The notes under the pieces: model-generated
What the model was told of the DNA's origin: nothing
Database searches by the model: none
Seen by the model: only the letters and a program-made list of their open reading frames with translations
From: Macrostomum lignano
Taxonomy: Eukaryota
Direction of reading: 5' to 3'
DNA: 64,000 nucleotides
Assembly (NCBI GenBank): GCA_002269645.1
Contig: NIVC01000102.1
Span: 910,951-974,950 of the forward strand
Translations under genes and position numbers: made by a program
Shown here: positions 12,501 to 24,075 of the stretch, piece by piece
How the letters are laid out: each line of letters opens with the position of its first letter
Numbering within the stretch: the first letter of the stretch is position 1

Positions 12501-15500
12501 TGTCTCAACTGAATGTGTCCTCACTGTCTCAACTGAATGTGTCCTCACTGTCTCAATTGAATGTGTCCACTGTCTCAATTGAATGTGTCCACTGTCTCAA
12601 TTGAATGTGTCCACTGTCTCAATTGAATGTGTCCACTGTCTCAATTGAATGTGTCCACTGTCTCAATTAAATGTGTCCACTGTCTCAATTGAATGTGTCC
12701 TCACTGTCTCAATTGAATGTGTCCACTGTCTCAATTGAATGTGTCCACTGTCTCAATTGAATGTGTCCACTGTCTCAATTAAATGTGTCCACTGTCTCAA
12801 TTGAATGTGTCCTCACTGTCTCAATTGAATGTGTCCACTGTCTCAATTGAATGTGTCCACTGTCTCAATTGAATGTGTCCACTGTCTCAATTGAATGTGT
12901 CCACTGTCTCAATTGAATGTGTCCACTGTCTCAATTGAATGTGTCCACTGTCTCAATTGAATGTGTCCACTGTCTCAATTGAATGTGTCCACTGTCTCAA
13001 TTGAATGTGTCCTCACTGTCTCAATTGAATGTGTCCACTGTCTCAATTGAATGTGTCCACTGTCTCAATTGAATGTGTCCACTGTCTCAATTAAATGTGT
13101 CCACTGTCTCAATTGAATGTGTCCTCACTGTCTCAATTGAATGTGTCCTCACTGTCTCAATTGAATGTGTCCACTGTCTCAATTGAATGTGTCCACTGTC
13201 TCAATTAAATGTGTCCACTGTCTCAATTGAATGTGTCCTCACTGTCTCAATTGAATGTGTCCACTGTCTCAATTGAATGTGTCCACTGTCTCAATTGAAT
13301 GTGTCCACTGTCTCAATTGAATGTGTCCACTGTCTCAATTGAATGTGTCCACTGTCTCAATTGAATGTGTCCTCACTGTCTCAATTGAATGTTTCCACTG
13401 TCTCAATTGAATGTGTCCACTGTCTCAATTGAATGTGTCCACTGTCTCAATTAAATGTGTCCACTGTCTCAAGTGAATGTGTCCTCACTGTCTCAATTGA
13501 ATGTGTCCACTGTCTCAATTGAATGTGTCCACTGTCTCAATTGAATGTGTCCACTGTCTCAATTAAATGTGTCCACTGTCTCAATTGAATGTGTCCTCAC
13601 TGTCTCAATTGAATGTGTCCACTGTCTCAATTGAATGTGTCCACTGTCTCAATTGAATGTGTCCACTGTCTCAATTGAATGTGTCCACTGTCTCAATTGA
13701 ATGTGTCCACTGTCTCAATTGAATGTGTCCTCACTGTCTCAATTGAATGTGTCCACTGTCTCAATTGAATGTGTCCACTGTCTCAATTAAATGTGCCCAC
13801 TGTCTCAATTGAATGTGTCCTCACTGTCTCAATTGAATGTGTCCACTGTCTCAATTGAATGTGTCCACTGTCTCAATTAAATGTGTCCACTGTCTCAATT
13901 AAATGTGTCCACTGTCTCAATTAAATGTGTCCACTGTCTCAATTAAATGTGTCCACTGTCTCAATTAAATGTGTCCACTGTCTCAATTAAATGTGTCCAC
14001 TGTCTCAATTAAATGTGTCCACTGTCTCAATTAAATGTGCCCACTGTCTCAGCCATCACTTTAGCCACCCACGGGAAATTTGCAGCAAAAAAATTATTTC
14101 CAAAAGAATAATTCAGTCAGGTCAGTCAAAGATTTGCGATAAACATTAATCCATAGCACACCCAGGATCAGGCGGCCCCGCCCCCGTCAGTCTCCAGACA
14201 CACTCAACTCTGCCCATAACGACCCCGAAGCTTAGGTTAGGGAGCTAAACTTCGCATGAGCGAGCAGAGAGAGAGAGAAAATTCTCGAAACTCGCTCAAA
14301 TCCTCTAAGCAGGCAAATTTATTCAAATCTCATTTCGCACAGATAATACAGTAATACGGCAATATATGTATAGATATAATATTTATAAGCCATGCATAAT
14401 GCTGATGCAAAATAGTTGCTTCTGTGTGATTGGCTGCTGAAATTATGAGATAAAATAAAAAGCCAGCTAACGAGATTGCACATACTCACTGAATCACAAA
14501 ACCTCAAGAAATCCCAACAATCAGTTCTAGATCCCAACAATCAGTCCCAAATCCCAACAATCAGTTCTAGATCCCAACAATCAGTCCCAGATCCCAACAA
14601 CCAGTCCCAAATCCCAACAATCAGTTCTAGATCCCAACAATCAGTCCCAGATCCCAACAATCAGTCCCAAATCCCAACAACCAGTCCCAAATCCCAACAA
14701 TCAGTTCTAGATCCCAACAATCAGTCCCAGATCCCAACAAGCAGTCCCAAATCCCAACAACCAGTCCCAAATCCCAACAATCAGTTCTAGATCCTAACAA
14801 TCAGTCCCAGATCCCAACAAGCAGTCCCAGATCTCAACAGTTAGTCCCAGATCCCAATAGTTAGTCCCAGATCCCAATAGTCAGTCCCAGATTTCAACAG
14901 TTAGTCCCAGATCTCAACAGTTAGTCCCAGATCTCAACAGTTAGTCCCAGATCTCAACAGTTAGTCCCAGATCCCAACAGTTAGTCCCAGACCCCAATAG
15001 TCAGTCCCAGATCCCAACAATCAGTCCCAGATCCCAATAGTCAGTCCCAGATCCCAGCAACTCACCCTCATTCCAAACCGGAGTTCGGTTATGCAGCTCC
15101 ATCAGATGCGACATCTCCCTCCGTTTCAGCCTCTCAACCAGCCCCTCCTCCTCAGAATTCGGTCTGATGTCCACCCTGACGCAGTCACCCTCCTCAGCCT
15201 CCAACATCGCTGGCAGGACCACAGTCATTTTCCTGGGGCCGCGAAATCCCAGCACGTTAGTCTCGTAGGTGATCCCAGCCAGCTCCCTCCTACCAGCCTC
15301 CGGTGACTTGGCCGCAGTGAGCTTCTTCGGCGACAATCCTGAATCAAACACGGTGAACGCTGTCCCAAGAAAATTTGCTCTCAACTTTCCAACGTAGCCC
15401 TCGCCGCGTCGACTTAAATCGGTGGGATCGCAGGAGATCAAGTAGTTTGATGTTGACGAACGTTTGCGCTTTCTGGCAGCCAGCAAGAAGCTTCGTTTGC

Positions 15501-18500
15501 CATCGTCGCGTTCCAGATGCAGATAGTAGGTCGGGTAGCGGGACCCGTCCATGCCGCGGGAGTGTCGGCTGATGCGACACTTCAGCGATCCGGCCGCGTC
15601 TCTGCCCGCTGGTTGAAGGGCGAAGTCGCCCAGATCCGGGATGTCGGTCTGGTGAAAAGGCTGAAGCCGTAGCGACTGCGGGTTGGTGGGCAGATAGGGG
15701 GAGGTTTGTTTGAAGTTTGAGCACTGCATTGGAATCTGTGCTGTAAGAGTGTGCGGCTGAGTCTGTTTTTATTGCTGACTGGCAAAATTACTGCTCAGAA
15801 GTTTTTCTGACCGCTTTTAAAAATTTCTATATACTTTTCTTATCTGCGTCTGTCTACTGCAATCGTTCTCTTCTCTTGTTATCTACCTACATTCTCGTTT
15901 CTACCCCTCCTCTCTATCTACCCCTCCTCTCTATCTACCCCTCCTCTCTATCTACCCCTCCTCTCTATCTACCCCTCCTCTCTATCTACCCCTCCTCTCT
16001 ATCTACCCCTCCTCTCTATCTACCCCTCCTCTCTATCTACCCCTCCTCCTCTCTATCTACCCCTCCTCTCTATCTATCCCTCCTCTCTATCTACCCCTCC
16101 TCTCTCTATCTACCCCTCCTCTCTATCTACCCCTCCTCTCTATCTACCCCTCCTCTCTCTATCTATCCCTCCTCTCTATCTACCCCTCCTCTCTCTATCT
16201 ACCCCTCCTCCTCTCTATCTACCCCTCCTCCTCTCTATCTACCCCTCCTCCTCTCTATCTACCCCTCCTCCTCTCTATCTACCCCTCCTTGCCTATCTAC
16301 CCCTCCTCTCTATCTACCCCTCCTCTCTCTATCTACCCCTCCTCTCTCTATCTACCCCTCCTCTCTATCTACCCCTCCTCTCTATCTATCCCTCCTCTCT
16401 ATCTACCCCTCCTCTCTCTATCTACCCCTCCTCTCTCTATCTACCCCTCCTCTCTATCTACCCCTCCTCTCTATCTACTTCTCGTCTCTATCTACCCCTC
16501 CTCCTCTCTATCTACCCCTCCTCTCTATCTACCCCTCCTCTCTATCTACCCCTCCTCTCTATCTACCCCTCCTCCTCTCTATCTACCCCTCCTCTCTCTA
16601 TCTACCCCTCCTCTCTCTATCTACCCCTCCTCCTCTCTATCTACCCCTCCTCTCTATCTACCCCTCCTCTCTATCTATCCCTCCTCTCTATCTACCCCTC
16701 CTCTCTATCTACCCCTCCTCTCTATCTACTCCTCCTCTCTATCTACCCCTCGTCTCTATCTACCCCTCCTCTCTATCTACCCCTCCTCTCTATCTACCCC
16801 TCCTCTCTATCTACCCCTCCTCTCTATCTACCCCTCCTCCTCTCTATCTACCCTCCTCCTCTCTATCTACCCCTCCTCCTCTCTATCTACCCCTCCTCCT
16901 CTCTATCTACCCTCCTCCTCTCTATCTACCCCTCTCCTCTCTATCTACCCCTCCTCCTCTCTATCTACCCCTCCTCCTCTCTATCTACCCCTCTCCTCTC
17001 TATCTACCCCTCCTCCTCTCTATCTACCCCTCCTCCTCTCTATCTACCCCTCCTCCTCTCTATCTACCCTCCTCCTCTCTATCTACCCCTCCTCCTCTCT
17101 ATCTACCCCTCCTCCTCTCTATCTACCCCTCCTCCTCTCTATCTACCCCTCCTCCTCTCTATCTACCCCTCTCCTCTCTATCTACCCCTCCTCCTCTCTA
17201 TCTACCCCTCCTCCTCTCTATCTACCCCTCCTCCTCTCTATCTACCCTCCTCCTCTCTATCTACCCCTCCTCCTCTCTATCTACCCTCCTCCTCTCTATC
17301 TACCCCTCCTCTCTATCTACCCCTCCCCTCTCTATCGCTCTTCTCTCTCAATCTAACCCTCTCCTCTCTCTCTTTATCTACCTTTCTTATCTCTATCTAG
17401 GCCTCTCTTCTTTCTCTAGCTACCTCTTTTATCTAACTATCTACCTTTCTATCTACTTAATCAGTAGTTATCCGTCCCACTTTTTCCGCTCAATCGCAGG
17501 ACCAAGAAAAGATGTTAGATTTCAGTTAACATATCTAGCTAGTCTCTGCAGCAGTCTCTCACACTCAAGCCAGTACTGCAGTGCCTTCACAGCTGCCACC
17601 AGCATCAAGCAGGCAAACAGTTAGCAAACAGAAGATAGAGAAAAAATATTAGGTACAAAGTATGCCACCAATTAAGGTTGATCAAGTTAAGCTGTAAACA
17701 TAATCTACAAATGTTAAGCCTTCATAGTGATAAATTTTGAAAATTTCATTTCCTATAGCTTATTAAGATAAGTCGTTGAATTAGATTGTACTTATTTACC
17801 TCTTTATATAATGTATACAAAATAGTTAGAATTTGTTAGAATGTTAGGGAACGCAAAGTAAGTGAAGTAATATGAGAACTAAATTAGAAAATTTTGATTA
17901 TAAACAACATCAGGGGCGTCGCCACCAAGGGGGGGGGGAGACAGGGGGCACATCTGCCACCAGCCCCCCAGTAAAAGCTATGGGGGGGACATGGCAATGC
18001 TTTGTTCCCCCCCACTTCACCTTATGACCCGTTGTGTAAAGCAATAATTTTGTTTCAGGGCGCTAAAATGAGTGCCTGCGGCGCTAAAATGAGTGCCTGC
18101 GGCGCTAAAATGAGTGCCTGCGGCGCTAAAATGACTGCCTGCGACGCTAAAATGAGTTCCTGCGGCGCTAAAATGAGTGCCTGCGGCGCTAAAATGAGTG
18201 CCTGCGGCGCTAAAATGAGTGCCTGCGGCGCTAAAATGACTGCCTGCGACGCTAAAATGAGTTCCTGCGGCGCTAAAATGAGTGCCTGCGGCGCTAAAAT
18301 GAGTGCCTGCGGCGCTAAAATGAGTGCCTCTTGCGCTAAAATGACTGCCTGCGGCGCTTAAATGAGTGCCTCTTGCGCTAAATTGACTGCCTGCGGCGCT
18401 AAAATGACTGCCTGCGGCGCTAAAATGAGTGCCTGCGGCGCTAAAATGAGTGCCTGCGGCGCTAAAATGAGTGCCTGCGGCGCTTAAATGAGTGCCGGCG

Positions 18501-21500
18501 GCGCTAAAATGAGTGCCTGCGGCGCTAAAATGACTGCCTGCGGCGCTAAAAATGAGTGCCTGTGGCGCTAAACTGAGTGTCTGCGGCGCTATAATGAGCG
18601 CTGACAACACCGATCTTAAAAAAATTTACATGTAGAAATTTAGTCATGTACATGTACATGTAAAATTCATTGCTTTGTCCCCCCACCATAAAATCCATGG
18701 CGACGACCCGGAACACCACTAAACTTGGGCTATTTTAGTTACTATATATAAAAATGAAAAGAAACTCCACGAAAGCAAAAGTTTCAAGTTAAAAAGTTAA
18801 ACACGACACCTTATTTAGCGACGTGAGGGAAGCAGAAGGTAGTCTGTGTGCGCGATTAAAAAATCAGAGTAAAGTGACACAAAGACATCAACTAGGAAGA
18901 GACCTCAATATTGCTGGCATCGTTCACTACCGCTGAATCTTCATTGTGCAGCTCCAACAGCTGCTGGGAGCGGTTTTTTCTGCCGTGGTGGACGTCTTCA
19001 GCTTGCGGCGTCTCTTGTGAGCCAGCTTAGGTGCGGTTGCGCAGCTCATTGGGCGGCTGCTACTGCTGCTTTTGTTTTGCTTCCTTTAGCTGCTCCTGCT
19101 GCTCCCGGTGCTCATTCTGCTGTTCATTTTGCTGCTCCTGGTGCTCATTCTGCTGCTTTTGCCGATTTTGCTGCTCCTGATGCTTATTCTGCTGCTTTTG
19201 CTGCTTTTGCCGTTTTTGCTGCTCTGATGCTAATTCTGCTGCTTTTGCTGCTTTTGCCATTTTTGCTGCTCTGATGCTCATTCTGCTGCTTTGCTACTTT
19301 TGCCATTTTTGCTGCTCCTGATGCTCAGTCTGCTGCTTTTGCCGTTTTTGCTGCTTTTGATGCTCATTCTGCTGCTTTGCTGCGTTTGCCGTTTTTGCTG
19401 CTTCTGGTGCTCGTTCTGCTGCTTTGCTGCTTTTGCCGTTTTTGCTGCTTCTGGTGCTCATTCTGGTGCTTTTGCTGCTTCTGGTGCTCATTCTGCTGCT
19501 TTTGCTGCTCCTGGTGCTCATTCTGCTGCTTTTGCTGCTTTTGTTGTTTTTGCTGCTCTGATGCTCATTCTGCTGCTTTGCTGCTTCTGCCATTTTTTGC
19601 CACCTACCTCTCTTCTATAACTATATACCTCTCTTATCTCTTATCTACCTCTCTTCTTCCTGCTCATTCTCTTTCATTCTACCTCTCTTCTCTTTCGCCC
19701 AAAAATGCTTAAAATTTAGTTGATATATTTATTTTGCTGCTCCTACCGCCCATTCTGCTGCTTTTAGTGCTGGTTGTGCTGCTTCTGCTGCTGCTCTTGC
19801 TGCTTTTGCTTCTGCTGTTCATTTTGTTGCTCATTCTGCTGCTCTTGCTGCTTTTGCTTCTGCTGTTCATTTTGTTGCTCATTCTGCTGCTCTTGCTGCT
19901 TCTGCTGCTCATTTAGTTGCTCTTGCTGCTTCTGCTGCTTATTCTGCTGCTCTTGCTGCTTCTGCTGCTCATTCTGCTGCTCATTCAGTTGCTCTTGCTG
20001 CTTCTGATGCTCATTCTGCTGCTCTTTTTGCTCATTTTGCTGCTTCAGCTGCTCTTGCTGCTTCTGCTGCTCTTGCTGTTTCTGCTGCTCTTGCTGTTTC
20101 TGCTGCTCATTCGGTTGCTTTTGCTGCTTCTGCTGCTCATTCGGTTGCTTTTGCTGCTTCTGCTGCTCATTCTGCTGCTCATTCAGTTGCTCTTGCTGCT
20201 TCTGCTGCTCATTCTGCTGCTCTTGTTGCTCATTTTGCTGCTTCTGCTGCTCTTGTTGCTCATTTTGCTGCTTCTGCTGCTCTTGTTGCTCATTTTGCTG
20301 CTTCTGCTGCTCTTGTTGCTCATTTTGCTGCTTCTGCTGCTCTTGTTGCTCATTTTTCTGCTTCTGCTGCTCTTGTTGCTCATTTTGCTGCTTCTGCTGC
20401 TCTTGTTGCTCATTTTGCTGCTTCTGCTGCTCTTGTTGCTCATTTTGCTGCTTCTGCTGCTCTTGTTGCTCATTTTGCTGCTTCTGCTGCTCATTTTGTC
20501 GCTCATTCTGCTGCTTCTGCTGCTCATTTTGTCGCTCATTCTGCTGCTCATGCTGCTTCTGCTGCTCTTGCTGCTCACTCTGCTGATCCCGCTGCTGCAC
20601 AACAATCCATTTTGTCTTGCCTGGCACTCTATTTTCAGCATTCACCTCCAGCAACTGCTGCTCGCGCAGAAAATCCGCACGGGTGGAAGTTTTTAACTTG
20701 CAGCGTCTCATGTGCGCCATCTTGGCCAGATTGCCCGACTCACTCACCGGCATTCTGCTCTGCCGCACCGATGACTGCTCATGCTTTAAAGTTTTGTAAG
20801 AAATGAAAGTCTGTTTATGAAGTGTTCCGTTTATTGAATTCATTGACTAAGATGGTTCGTACGCTAATTGAATCACAACATTGACCTCAAAATTTACTGG
20901 TACCCCTGACCCACTACACCCGACCCTGACCCACTACACCCGACCCTGACCCACTAGACCCGACCCTGACCCACTACACCCGACCTTGACCCCCTACACC
21001 CGACCCTGACCCACTACACCCGACCCTGACCCACTACACCCGACCCTGACCCACTACACCCGACCCTGACCCACTACACCCAACGCTGACTTACTACACC
21101 CGACCCTGACCCAGTAGACCCGACTCTGACCCACTAGACCCGACCCTGTCCCACTACACCCGACCCTGTCCCACTACACCCGACCCTGTCCCACTACACC
21201 CGACCCTGACCCACTACACCCGACCCTGACCCACTACACCCGACCCTGTCCCACTACACCCGACCCTGTCCCACTACACCCGACCCTGACCCACTACACC
21301 CGACCCTGACCCACTAAACCCAACCCTGACCCACAATCAAGTAACTAACAAACTTAGCCAGTGAAATATTTACACGCAAGCATAAATCAATATAAACACA
21401 AGAAGCACTAATAGAGGCTTTCAATCTAAATAAAGATTTTCAACTCCAATATAACAAAATACATTCATTTTTCACTATCGAAATTCTAGATAGTCATTCA

Positions 21501-23400
21501 TGCAGTCAAGCAGATAAAACAAGAGTTGCTACAAATGTTGAAACAAAAAACTATACTTTAAGCATACTATACATGCAATCTTAGATTCGGGCTTTGAAGT
21601 TTTGAATTGTGAAGATTCGAATTTGTGAATAGTCGAATTTGTGAATAGTTGAGTTTGTGAATAGTCAAATTTGTGAATAGTTGAGCTTGTGAATAGTCAA
21701 ATTCGTGAATAGTCGACTTTGTGAATAGTCGAATTTGTGAATAGTCGAATTTGTGAATAGTCAAGTTTGTGAATAGTCTAATTTGTGAATATTCATATTT
21801 GTGAATAGTCAAGTTTGTGAATAGTCAAGTTTGTGAATAGTCGAGTTTTTGAAGAGTCGAGTTTGTGAATATTTAAGTTTTCATATTTGAGGTTGTGAAT
21901 AATCTAATTAGTGAATATTCGAATTTATGGACTTTCAAGTTTGTGTGAAGATTCGAGCTTTGCATAATGCCCCTACCGGAGTACACAGACAGGCAATTAT
22001 TAAAGTGAGCTCACACTTCTCGGAGTTCCATTCGCACTGCTAGCATTTGAGCTGCTGAGCATTCGATGCTGCGGACTGTTAAAGTTGCTGTCAGCACCGC
22101 TAAGTGCTGGCTTGTTGATGACGCTGTTTGAGCAGGAAGCTGCATTAGGGCTGGTGGAAAGCTCCAGTGAGCTCATTTTCGCTGCCACGGCTTCCAGTTG
22201 GTGCGTTGGCGATGGACCGTCAGGATTTTGAAATGCTTGGGGACCGTCGTAGGCTGGAAGGCGATAATGGGGATTTGGGAAGTTTAGTTTTCTGATTGCG
22301 TAATCACTGCTGATGGCTCGGATAGGAAATTGGGATCAGGGAGATTTAATTAAAGAGGATATTGGGAATGAGGGAGACTGTGTTGAAGTGGTGAGGAAAG
22401 GGGAGTAGAGAGATAAGGAAAGGTGAGTAAAGAGATGGGAAAAGCGATTAGAGAGATGGAGAAAGGCGATTAGAGAGATGGGGAAAGGGGATTAGAAAGA
22501 TAGGAAAGGGGATTAGAGAGATGGGGAAAGGGGATTAGAGAGATGGGGAAAGGGGAAGAGATTAGAGAGATGGTAAACGGGTTTATGAAGATGAAGAAAG
22601 GGGAATAGAGAGATAGGGAAAGGAGATTAGAGCGATAAAGAAAGGGGAAGGAATTAGAGAGGTGGGGAAACGGGTTTTGAAGATGGAGAAAGGGGATTAG
22701 AGAGATGGGGAAGGGGACTAGAGGGAAGGGGAAGGGAATTAGAAGGATTAGGTAAGGGGATTAGAGAGATGGATGGAAAAGAAATGAGGGATAAGGGACA
22801 TCGAATATGGGATTTGGGATATCAAACAGGAGATTAGGGATATCGAATAGAGGATTAGGTATGTCGAATAGGGGATTAAAGATATCTAAAAGGGGATTAG
22901 AGAAACCTAATGGATAGATTAGCAATCCACTATGATTACTAGTAGGATGATTATATAAGCGATAGATTAGCAATCCATTCTAATTATTAGTAGGATTATT
23001 ATTATATATAATTCCTAGATAAGGCCTAGGAAGATTACAGCAACAAGATAGTGAACTAAAGACAGGAGAAGAAAAATGGTAATTGGAGTAAAACAACAAA
23101 TTCTCACCAAAGTGGCAAGCCCGCTCTCCAGCATTCAGGCCCAGAATCGGCAATAGCAGAGGCGACCTTTCGTTCTCTTTGCCAGCCGTGGCGCTGCCGG
23201 GGCGCGAGCCCTGCATGCTGGCAGCGGAGCTGTTGCGCTGAACAATTGCTGTAGACATTGCGATACGTTTCTGTGCTTTCTGCTGGGCCAGGTCGAGCTG
23301 ACGCTGATTGAGCTGCTGCCTCAGCTGGGGGTCTGACATGTCACTGATCTGGGATTTGCTACTGCTGGGCAGCTCAGGAGTTCGGATTTGAGGGAGTGGA
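9548..23400 (-). CDS. TUB: Tubby/TULP family protein (king-tubby-like). Exons: about 23400-23108, 22253-22015, 20783-20744, 15740-15066, 10751-10668, 9681-9548
   Basis: The N-terminal Tubby-type segment is [21 protein letters not shown], followed by a spliced CHF|AYDGP motif. The Tubby domain runs [24 protein letters not shown]...FLLAARKRK...[14 protein letters not shown]...PVWNE|[22 protein letters not shown]|...[39 protein letters not shown]. All introns are GT-AG with matching phases. The first acceptor and start codon are unresolved. Confidence 0.93.
9860..10640. repeat. Composite intronic minisatellite built from GGTCATT / AGTT / AACTCATGAA modules
   Basis: Directly visible; fills the last Tubby intron. 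Confidence 0.9.
11108..14050. repeat. About 2.9-kb satellite of 22/24-bp units (ACTGTCTCAATTGAATGTGTCC[TC])
   Basis: Period 22 (12841, 12863), with a 24-bp variant carrying an extra TC; lies in a Tubby intron. Confidence 0.97.
14510..15058. repeat. 20-bp minisatellite (TCAGTCCCAGATCCCAACAA)n abutting a Tubby splice donor
   Basis: Directly visible; it ends next to the donor at 15065. Confidence 0.92.
15890..17340. repeat. About 1.45-kb pyrimidine-rich minisatellite (TCTATCTACCCCTCCTC)n, variable length
   Basis: Directly visible; it produces the spurious 582-aa and 355-aa ORFs. Confidence 0.95.
17911..18711. mobile_element. hAT-like non-autonomous element with an internal 21-bp tandem array
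   Basis: The left end CAGGGGCGTCGCCA matches the reverse complement of the right end (CCGGGTCGTCGCCA) at 12/14 positions. The flanks AACAACAT and AACACCAC match at 6/8, consistent with a degenerate 8-bp TSD. Confidence 0.6.
18058..18600. repeat. 21-bp minisatellite (GGCGCTAAAATGAGTGCCTGC)n
   Basis: Directly visible; translates as CGAKMSA repeats. Confidence 0.95.
19050..20590 (-). repeat. CAG/CAA-rich low-complexity tract (Q/E/N/K codons on the minus strand), interrupted at about 19600-19740
   Basis: Higher-order units such as [10 protein letters not shown] are visible in ORF 19764..20843. Confidence 0.9.
19764..20783 (-). CDS. Candidate Gln-rich alternative terminal exon of the Tubby gene
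   Basis: The frame is open from the phase-0 acceptor at 20784 to a stop at 19764, with AATAAA on the minus strand at 19733-19728. It may instead be an incidental repeat ORF. Confidence 0.4.
   Translation of the reverse strand, partial: HEQSSVRQSRMPVSESGNLAKMAHMRRCKLKTSTRADFLREQQLLEVNAENRVPGKTKWIVVQQRDQQSEQQEQQKQHEQQNERQNEQQKQQNERQNEQQKQQNEQQEQQKQQNEQQEQQKQQNEQQEQQKQQNEQQEQQKQKNEQQEQQKQQNEQQEQQKQQNEQQEQQKQQNEQQEQQKQQNEQQEQQNEQQKQQEQLNEQQNEQQKQQKQPNEQQKQQKQPNEQQKQQEQQKQQEQQKQQEQLKQQNEQKEQQNEHQKQQEQLNEQQNEQQKQQEQQNKQQKQQEQLNEQQKQQEQQNEQQNEQQKQKQQEQQNEQQNEQQKQKQQEQQQKQHNQH
20905..21335. repeat. 20-bp minisatellite (CCCTGACCCACTACACCCGA)n
   Basis: Directly visible. Confidence 0.95.
21610..21950. 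repeat. 16-bp minisatellite (TTTGTGAATAGTCGAA)n
   Basis: Directly visible, degenerate. Confidence 0.85.
22400..22900. repeat. Purine-rich repeat (GGGATTAGAGAGATGGGGAAA)-like
   Basis: Directly visible in the Tubby intron 23107-22254. Confidence 0.8.
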
Positions 23401-23877
23401 TTGCTAATCTATTGCTTATAATAATAATCCTACTAATAGTTAGAATGGATTGCTAATCTATCGCTTATAATAATAATTTTAGTAATAATTAGAATGGATA
23501 GCTAATCTGACCCAGTCGAACCAGACTCATCAAATATCTTATCAAAACAAAAAAGCAATCAGGAGAAACTGCTTCTCCAATAACGAGTACAGATTTTAAT
23601 TACCAGATACAAAGGTAAGATTATAAAAAGGCTGCATCTAAATCTGGGTGATTATATTATAAATACTACAGAGACTAAAGGCAGTACAATGAGATTTGCT
23701 AGATAAATTCACAAGGACAAAAGGCCTCAATTGATGAATTTAAATCTTGTCAAAACAAGCTCTTCTTTTGAAACACTGAATTAAGGAATCGATTGAAGTT
23801 GAATAAGACTGCTGAATCGCTGAAATCTGAAATTGGTTTTGATAAAATCTTCAACAACTTCAATCCTGAATTCTGCC

Positions 23878-24075
23878 AATTGCGCCGACTCTCCAAGGAC
23901 TGGGGGGGTCGCCAGACACAGCCTCAATTACCCCAGCTAATGCTGGCACCCATTTTACAGCTGGGTGGACTGAAGCAATGCAGAGTTAAGTGTTTTGCAC
24001 AAGGACACAAATTGTTCCAGTGGGATCGGGAATCGAACCCCCGGCCTTCAAGTCGTGATTCTAAGCCTCCATGAG
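23878..24075 (-). mobile_element. tRNA-headed SINE with a CORE-like central domain
   Basis: The minus strand has a Pol III B-box GGTTCGATTCC (24039-24029), followed by GTGTCCTTGTGCAAAACACTTAACTCTGC...CAGCTGTAAAATGGG, which resembles the MIR/CORE block. A second copy lies at 36880-37010. Confidence 0.65.

Noticed and set aside
11108-14050. CRISPR-like appearance of regularly spaced 22-24 bp repeats
   Set aside because: The units are contiguous with no unique spacers, no cas genes are present, and the array sits in a eukaryotic intron.
15876-17624. 582-aa and 355-aa plus-strand ORFs
   Set aside because: They are translations of a pyrimidine minisatellite that lacks stops, antisense within a Tubby intron.
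17520-17625. Short GC-richer patch in a Tubby intron ([22 protein letters not shown])
   Set aside because: I found no phase-compatible splice sites, and the Tubby model is complete without it.
24020-24075. tRNA gene
   Set aside because: Only a B-box is evident and I could not build a cloverleaf; the flanking sequence identifies it as a SINE head.
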